Made by a program: the position numbers and the translations under genes
Notes under the pieces: model-generated
The model's input: only the letters and a program-made list of their open reading frames with translations
Databases searched by the model: none
Told to the model about the DNA's origin: nothing
Source of the DNA: the human T2T-CHM13v2.0 reference genome, Homo sapiens
Assembly (NCBI RefSeq): GCF_009914755.1
Contig: NC_060932.1
Direction: 5' to 3' (one strand)
Length of the DNA: 64,000 nucleotides
Part shown: positions 56,201-64,000 of the stretch, piece by piece
Position numbering within the stretch: the first letter of the stretch is position 1
How the letters are laid out: each line of letters opens with the position of its first letter

Positions 56201-59200
56201 CTAACCAATACAAACACTTCAGATGATTCTTAAGTGCAGTCAGATTAAAATTTCTGCTTTAAATTACCCAGTAACATACAAACTGAACTCCTAAGGCTCT
56301 ACAAAGTTGCCTCAAATTCTCCGAAGAGTGGGCAGGATTACATGCTACTCATTCCCTTCAATCTCATTGGTTCATTTTTATCTGTTTCATATACCAGACT
56401 TCTGTATAAGATTTCACTTGAAAAAATAGTTCTGCATTAAAAATAATTCAAAACAGGTTTTTAATTTTCCCATTTCTCTCGGTTTATAATAGGTAATTGA
56501 CATAAAGGGGCAAATACAGTGACTTCCACAAAACATGTTGACCTCAAGAACACATTACGGTAGCTTCGATCAGAGACCAGGTAGATACGTATGAGGTTGA
56601 TGGCACTGGAAACTAGAATGCTGCTTCAGTGCTACCCACGTTCTCCATAAGTGTCCTAATCAGTAGTGGCCCTGAGATAACAGAAAAGAGAATATGAAAA
56701 ATGTATTATTTATCTTTCCAATCTTTGAAACTTCTTTCAACTCTGTAAAGTTGCAGTGGATACTGAGTACCAACTTGCCATTAAGTTTCACACATAGGAT
56801 TCTTTCCTGATGCCATGTAAGTTTTCAGAGAAAAGTAAAAGAAAAAAATATATCATGAAAGAAGAAGAAAAATAACTTAGCAAAAAGAATTTGGAAATGG
56901 GAAAATAGAAAACAAAACAGAGATTTTAAAATATTGCAACTGAAAATATTTGAAGAAAGTGTAATACAATATAAATTAAGAGACAGGCTAGAAAATTGAA
57001 AGGCCAAAAGATAAAGTTCTATAAAATAGTTCCTTTCATTTACTGATATCCAGTTAGTGCAGAGGTTGCCATTGGGTAAAACATCATCACAGAGACAAGA
57101 TTTGTCTTCTAATTACCATGAGCTGGTTTGATGCTACAGTTGAAAAATATTGAGCATAAATTATAGGACAATACTTCCATAATTGTATAATTTTAAGGCT
57201 GAAGGTGACTTTAAGTGTTCTTTTATCTGCCTTTATTATCCCTAAGTAGTCATCTAGTTCATGCTTGATTAAAATGTTTATTAAATGGCTTCTATGGGCT
57301 AAGCATAATACTAAGTAATGAGGACCCAAAGGCAAACGAGACAGACCTAGTTATTCTATGTTTCATTATATTCAAGTTCATGAAACAGATAGAAGGCAAG
57401 TAAAAGTATTAAAAGGGGGAATAAATAGGGTGCTTTCAATAGAGAACGAATGGTTAAGAACTGTGAATAATTCTAGACAGGGCGGTCAAGGGGTGACGGT
57501 GGATAAATATTTCCAGTGGTAAGAAAGCTCTATTTCCAGAAGCACTGCATTCCTCGAGGAAAAGAAAGTATGGAAGTTCAAGGCACTGAAGTCCAGAAAG
57601 GCTCAAATAGATTATATCAGGTGTGGTGTGCGATGAGACTGGAATGGGCCTTGAGAAGCATATTAAGAAGTATACATTTTATTGAGAACCCACTTAAGTT
57701 GAAACTCCTAAGTTGACTTGAATTTTATAAAGTTCTTATTGTGTTATAAAGAATAAACTGGAGAGAAGCACGTTTTCATAATACAGGTGAGAAATGATTC
57801 GGGCTTGGACTTAGAGTGGTGCTAGTGGAACTAAAGGTGAGTGGATTGATTTGAAACATATTTAGAAACTAAGACTTAATTATTTGTTGATATTAAAGGG
57901 TAAGGGAAAAAAAGTAGTCAAGAATTACACTAAGGTTCCCAACATGAGCAAGCAAAAGGTCAGTAGTGCCACTTATTGGCTGATTGGTTGTAGTTTATTA
58001 CATGTTAATTATATCTCAGTAAAACTGTTTTTAGAAAGCCAAAAGGAGATTCTGTCAGACAGTAATAAGTGACAGTGATAGAGCAGGCAAAGTGATTGAC
58101 AGTTCCTTGCAATAGATGATATGAATGTGGTGGATACCATTATGTAGGTTGTTACTACATAAGGCATCTCTGATGAAGTGAAACATAAATTTTGACCTTA
58201 ATAACAAAAAGTCAGTTTTACAAAATTTCAGGAATGTTTTTCCCAAGTCAAGGAAGCACCTAGGCAAAACTTTGGTGACAGGAGGAAATCTGATTTTTGT
58301 AAACACAGAAAAAAATAAATATGGCTAAAGCTCTAGGACTCGGAGTAAATGGGATCAGAGATGAATCCAGAATATACGGGGCTGTCTGGGGTGTAGAGTG
58401 GTGTCATGTACTAAGATTTCAAAAAGAATCCTGGAAACACATAAATTTTAGTTTAAAAGAACAAAAGACTAAACAAACCAAAAACCCAGAGAACCAACTT
58501 AATTGTGTGAGCCAATTCCCATAATAAATATCCTCTTACATATCTATTATATTCCTTTAGTTCTGTTTATCCGGAGAATCTTAATACACACTAGAACTTG
58601 AGAGAAAGGTCCAGTTGGCACATAGATGTGGTAATTGAAGAATGGGATGAAGTTGGCAGAAAGTATGTAGAGTGAAAATGAGCCTGGGCCAGAGCCCTAG
58701 GGAACTCAGCAAATTTCAGGAAGAGATAGAAGAGTCAATAAGGAGCATCCAGAACCAAAGGAGATAAAAAGGAAGAGGGTGTATCATAGAAGCCAAGAGA
58801 GGAGACAGGCAACACCCAATTTAACAAGGACATCTCAGATGGCGTTGACTGCTATGGAGAGAAATCAAGCAGGTTAAACAGGAAACTAAGACAGCTGGGT
58901 GGGAAGAGCACATTGGGTTTTTGTAGAAGTGTGGACAGAAGGGAGAGTCAATCATGCCAATATTGCAGTAAATAGTGTCAAATATTGCTGAGAAGTTAAG
59001 CAAGATAAGGGCTAAAAAGTGACAGCTATTTTGTGTGATGGGAAAATATGCAGCGGTTAAAAATGTTTTTGAAAAATAATTGACTTGGCAAAATGTCTAT
59101 AACTGCAAGTGAATGAAGCAGAAATTTATATATAGTATTATTCTAAATTTGAATAGTAATTTAATTGACCAGAAGGAAATATACTGTTTTCAGGGTCTCT

Positions 59201-59220
59201 CTACATGGTGGGATCATAGG

Positions 59221-59567
59221 TGAAACAGTCTGGCTCTTTCTCCCCACCCAAATCTCATCTTCATTGTAATTCAAATTGTAATGCCCACGTGTTGGGGGAA
59301 GAACCTCGTGGGAGGTGATTAGACCATGGGGGTAGTTCCCCCATGCTGTTCTCATGATAGTGAGTGAGTTTTCATGAGATCTGATGGTTTTATAAGGGGC
59401 TTTTCCCCTCTTTGCTTTGCACTCTCTCTCCTGTCACCTTGTGACATAATTTTAAGTTTCCTGAGGCCTTCCCAGCCATGCAGAACTGTGTCAATTAAAC
59501 CTCTTTTCCTTATAAATTACCCAGTCTTGGGTATTTCTTTATAGCAGCATGAGAATGTACTAATACA
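59221..59567 (+). mobile_element. THE1/MSTA-type MaLR solo LTR
   Basis: ccccacccaaatctcatctt, ggaggtgatt, gagatctgatggttttataagggg, attaaacctctttt...tataaattacccagtc and ctaataca. Confidence 0.88.
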
Positions 59568-60239
59568 ACAGGTAACATTTATCATCATCTATATACTTTT
59601 CAAAATTTCTGCGGAAATGTTTAATTTATAAAAGCAAAATAGCTTTTTAATATATGTTAAAAAACATAAAGAAGTAAATAACTATCCAAAAAGCTGCCAC
59701 ACAGATATAAGTACTATTAATGTTTTGGCAACATCCAAATATTTTTTTCTACATATATTCTGGATAGCATTTACTGAGCATTCACAATGTATAATGCACT
59801 GTGCTGAGAAGTCTTGTAAATATGTAAGATTTTATAATCTAATACTATGCTGCTATTGACCTGAGATACTGCATTTCTAACAAGTTTCCAGGTAATGCCA
59901 ATGCTGTTTTTCTGAAGGCCATACTTTTCAATAAAAGTGTTGTACATTAAAATATTGTTATATGGAGGTCTGTGAAGGGGAAACAGTGCAGGGAGGGGAA
60001 AGAAAAAAGGAGACTTGGGCTTTCCTTTCCTTGAGAATCAATTGTCAGATGCTCAGAATTCATTATGCTACATTAAAGCTCAATTGGGAGAAATAAGTAA
60101 ATTGTGGTCTCATAACATATTGGGGATAAATCCACTATGAAGGCAGACTACTTCCTCATTTGAAAGGTAGCAAAATTGAAGAACTTTAGTTACTGAGTCC
60201 TTCCCATGCATATTCCATTCTTCACTTAGTGTTTTAATT

Positions 60240-61450
60240 CCTGTTTCTTGCCTTTTCTACATCCATCCCATAGCATGTAAAGTATAATTATCTTCATTGT
60301 TGTATTTCCTAAATCATCAGTATTTGTTATAATTTCCTCTTTGACCGAAAGATTATTTAAGAACATTAAAAAAATTCCAAGTGTGTGATTTTTCAGGGTT
60401 GAAAATTATTATTTTCTAGGGTTTTTTTTTTTTTGTAATGTGGTCACGAGTGCTTTCTAGAAATATGTTAAAGTTTTCTCTACATTTGAGTATAAAATCA
60501 TTTAGAAATGCTTCAGGATAATTTGAAGAGAATGCAAAAATAAGGTAGAAAAGTAATATATATATTACACACATATTTTAACTATTTAACTACCTTTTAT
60601 CTCTTAACTTCCCATTTACTTGATTTATCAAAAGCTGTAACTGCGCTGGGTTGGTGGCTCACATTTGTAATCTTAGTGCTTTGGGAGGCCGAGGCAGGAG
60701 GATTACTTGAGCCTAGGAGTTGGGAGACTGCAGTGAGCTATGATGTTGCCACTGCATTCCACCCTAGGCTACAAAGCAAGACCCTCTTGTCTCTAAAAAA
60801 AGAAATCATAAATGTTGAAGTCATAGTCCAACATATTTTTTTGCTATATTCTCTTTAATAATACATACAGAAGGATTACTCAATAAATTTTAAATACATA
60901 AAATGCAACAATTTAAATGTACATGTTTTTAAATAGATGTATATCGATGTACATAAGTAAAACTATCACCCACATCAAGATCTGGAACATATATTTTATA
61001 TATTAATGTCATATTATTTACCATATAGTTTGTTAAATGTTACATCCTATATTGTATGTTTTACATAAAATGTCTTATGTTTAGATTTTAAGAAAAATGT
61101 TGCCATTTCTATGATTTATAGTTTCCATTATCTTTAAACTCTTTGATCATTTGTTTTATACAAATGTATCTCAGGTTAGAGATTGATTTTTGACCCAATT
61201 TCAATTGTAATAGGGCTATTTAACCAGTTTATAGGTCATCTGTACTGTCAATCTACTTTTTGCTAATTTTAGTGTCTTTTTGCTATTTTTCTTTTTACCA
61301 CTTCTTTTCCAAACATTGGAATGTATATATTCTATTTTTGTAGTTAACACTTATTTCCATGTCAAATTTACTTGGAACTATATGATTTACTTGGAACTAT
61401 ATGATGCAGTAACTACTGTTTTTCCCCATGCATCATGTACAGAAAATGAG
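60240..61450 (-). mobile_element. Heavily decayed L1M ORF2 5'/inter-ORF remnant with an inserted Alu monomer (about 60645-60802, +)
   Basis: Weak L1 endonuclease-region motifs tttcctctttgacc, tgtggtca.gag, atttgaagagaatg and tgttgaagtc, in the order expected downstream of the ORF1 at 61899-62696. Confidence 0.5.
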
Positions 61451-61898
61451 GATGTATCCACCCCCTCCCAAACCAGTGATTTGGAAGTTTCTTTACAGTA
61501 TCAGTAGTAACATGGACAAACTTGTTATTTTTTTCCTGCTATACTTAAAAATAAGGGAAATAAAACTGTACTGTTTTCCAATTGTCAGATTTGACATTTA
61601 GAATGTTATTTGTCAAATCTACAGTGACAAAGCCCTTTTACTTAGGTTTAGCTTAAGAACATGCGTATTTGTATCTACAATACTACATGCTAAAAATAAA
61701 ACAGTATTTGTCCAATATATTGAACATGTGGTATGCCCTTCCAGTTTAAACGTAAACTGAAATTTTACACCCAGCTTATGTTTCTATTTTTGTATTTAGT
61801 TTTAATGCCCTATACATAACAATTTAAACTTAATGCTCCTTAACTAGTTTTAATGCATACCATCAGTTCTTTCATACAATTGCCTCCCTATTCTTATT

Positions 61899-62696
61899 TT
61901 AATTCAGGTTCTCTGTTAGCTGCAGTAAATCCTTCAGCAAAATTTTCAGGGAAAGTTCTTGGTTGATATACTTTCCTAACCCCTGTATATCTAAGAATGT
62001 CTTCCAGTTTCCTTTGTAAAGAAATGATAACTTGGCAGAGTATATAATTCTTGGCTCAAAATTATTTTCCCTTAACACTCTAGATATTGTTCCACTGTCT
62101 TCTGGCATTTAGAATTGCAGGAGAAAAATCTGAGGTCAGCCTGACTTTTGCCCCTTTGTAAGTAACCTGCTTTCTCTGACTGGATGCTTGTAAAATGTTT
62201 CGTCTTTGAAATTCAAAAACGTCACCCGGATATGTCTAGATGCTGCTTTCTTTTCATTAAACTTTAAAGGTATCCTATGAGCCTTTTCCATTTGTAGATC
62301 TAGTTCGTTCTTCAATTCTGGAAAATTTTTTCAAGTAGATCCTTTATTGTTTCAGCTCCACTTGCTCTGTCCTCAGTTTCAGGTATTCCTATTATGCATA
62401 GATTGTATCTCCTGGACCGGCCCTCTAGATCTCTCTTTTTCTCCTCTTAATTTCTTTTCCCCTTTTCTCTGTATTCTGTGACAATTTGTCGTTTTGCACT
62501 TACTTCAGTAATTCGATTTTGTGGCCAATCCAGCGTGCGCCCTTCTGTTAACTCTCTCAACTTCCTGGTATTTTCCAAGCGCTCTAATAGTACCCTCTTT
62601 ATCATCGCGCATAGGTGTTTAAGCTCCTGTATTATATGATTCTCAATCCTTCTTATATCTTGTTTCCATCTCTATATCCGTTTCAAGAGGAGGCAT
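61899..62696 (-). pseudogene. Disabled LINE-1 ORF1p-like (L1TD1/Transposase_22-like) reading frame
   Basis: Manual translation gives a coiled-coil region, RDLEGRSRRYNLCIIGIPE, NFPELK, EKAHRIP, RHIRVTFLNFKD, QVTYKGAKVRLTSDFS, NARRQWNNI and RVLRENNFEPRIIYSAKLSF, ending at stop 61899-61901; about 4 frameshifts and 1 internal stop. Confidence 0.85.
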
Positions 62697-62899
62697 TTTC
62701 TCGATTATTTAGCGCTGCTCCTTTTTTCTCAGGGGCGGTATTACGACCTTGGAGACAATAAACATAATTTAATTCCACACAGCCCCAAACAGCCCAAAGA
62801 TTCCCATTGATAATTATCGACGGCTTTATTAAAATGCGTTATTTTTCTTTCTTACCTTTTCAGTTGCTTTTCTTAGAAACAGGGACCAAAATCAAAGAT

Positions 62900-63700
62900 T
62901 AAAGAGGTCCTCTGAAGCAGGGAATGAAATAGACGTTGAAAACTATTCCCGTTACGCCATCTCTGCGCGCCTCACGTCAGGGCCAAGAGCCTAGCGCGTA
63001 GCTTTATGGCTGACTCGGCTCTGGCGCTCTAGCCAATTCCGAGGCTGCAAACTCCGCTTCTCCGCTCGCAGTCTGGTTCCTCCCCTGCCGCCCCGCCCAT
63101 CACGGCAGGGTCACGGTAGCGCGCACGCGCAGCACCCCATTTAAGTTTCTCGTCTTTGCAGTGGCTTTGCTTAGATCCGGTGCCGCCTTGAAGGCGGGGC
63201 TGGGTCCCAGCCGTAGCCAATGGAGCCCCGGGTGAGGGTTGAGGGGTGGAAGGTGCCTACTAGCCGGTGCAGGTTTCTTCTAGCGCGTGTGCTGGGGTAC
63301 CTGGTCGTCATGGAGGCGGTATTGACCGAAGAGCTTGATGAGGAAGAGCAGCTGCTGAGAAGGCATCGCAAAGAGAAGAAGGAGTTGCAAGGTGAGGCGG
63401 AAGGAAGTGGGAATCTGGAAGCCGCCGCGACTGGGGGAAGGGCGCGTGGCGGGTCGATTCTGGGGAATCTCAAGGCGTGACTTATCTGGATCACCCTAGA
63501 CTTCCCCTAGTAGCAAGTGGCCTCTTCTCTCTTCACCTACCCCGGCGGCCCTTTAATTCCCCAACCTTCAGAGGCTTCCCCTTCTGAGGCCTGCGGCGTG
63601 CCCCCTACCCCGCGCCGCCGCCGGGGTGCAGGTGTCTGAAAATACCTAGAAGCCGCCGTCTTGGTCCGCTCCCAAACCCACGATGCCTCCCTTTTCTATA
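62900..63700. promoter_or_regulatory. CpG island / bidirectional promoter of OTUD6B and OTUD6B-AS1
   Basis: High CpG density; YY1-like CGCCAT 62955-62960; CRE/E-box-like TCACGTCA 62972-62979; CCAAT at 63033-63037 and 63217-63221; GC box 63088-63098; NRF1-like GCGCGCACGCGCA 63119-63131. Confidence 0.88.
63310..63391 (+). CDS. OTUD6B: OTUD6B coding exon 1 (MEAVLTEELDEEEQLLRRHRKEKKELQ); an in-frame upstream ATG at 63220 would add 30 aa
   Basis: Translation matches the recalled OTUD6B deubiquitinase N-terminus; strong Kozak GTCATGG; donor CAAG|GTGAGG after 63391; lies in a CpG island. Confidence 0.94.
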
Positions 63701-64000
63701 CCTGCCCCAGTTACCGATACTTGTCCCTAATGGGTGTATTTTGAATGGACCCGCCTCAGTTTAGGAGGTTCAGAAAGGATACCGGAAAGATTTAAAACTG
63801 GCTACAGTCAGGTTTTTTTCCTTCTCTTATCTCGCCAAACAACCGAAACATATTCAAGATTTTGTTAATGAAGTTTTTTTTTTTTTTGGTCTCAGCTTTA
63901 TCTGGGATCTTCTCTCTCTGTAGCTGCCTGTTACGTGATGACTCTTTCTTCCATAATTACTTTTTCTGTACCCTTCGCCCGTTACCATCCCCTTATTGGT

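Larger units (their letters stand above)
52900..63190 (-). ncRNA. OTUD6B-AS1: Divergent lncRNA OTUD6B-AS1 locus (boundaries approximate)
   Basis: Known antisense lncRNA head-to-head with OTUD6B (recalled, extent not verifiable here). Sequence shows a minus-strand donor AAAAG|GTAAG at 62856, an acceptor-like site before 62747 and a candidate internal exon at 54948-55088. Confidence 0.55.

Noticed and set aside
61366-61403. 19-bp perfect tandem duplication (similar short ones near 20080-20115 and 21289-21312)
   Set aside because: Typical slippage micro-duplications within decayed repeats; no functional indication.
63171-63494. 107-aa minus-strand ORF over OTUD6B exon 1
   Set aside because: Antisense shadow of a GC-rich coding exon with a non-ATG start.

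Overview
Primate (human-like) genomic DNA, AT-rich and dense in repeats. It holds the 5' five coding exons of PIP4P2/TMEM55A on the minus strand (ATG at 33672; exons 6-7 lie off the left edge), about 29 kb of repeat-rich intergenic DNA, and the CpG-island promoter plus first coding exon of OTUD6B on the plus strand at the right edge. The divergent lncRNA OTUD6B-AS1 is expected to run leftwards from that promoter. The most striking observation is a nearly full-length LINE-1 ORF1p-like (L1TD1/Transposase_22-like) reading frame at 61899-62696 (-). It has only about five disablements, retains CpGs, sits behind a candidate short intron downstream of the bidirectional promoter, and adjoins a badly decayed ORF2-like remnant. 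OTUD6B-AS1 may therefore be the relic of a domesticated L1 ORF1 gene. Other notable items are a stop-creating NAGNAG acceptor in PIP4P2, a poly-Ala overlapping uORF, a miR-548-like MADE1 hairpin, an LTR10C-like solo LTR with a p53-like site, a 133-bp near-perfect inverted duplication, a 77-bp perfect tandem duplication and several unusual retro-insertion scars. Gene identities and repeat subfamily names come from recognition by eye, not from searches; repeat boundaries are approximate.
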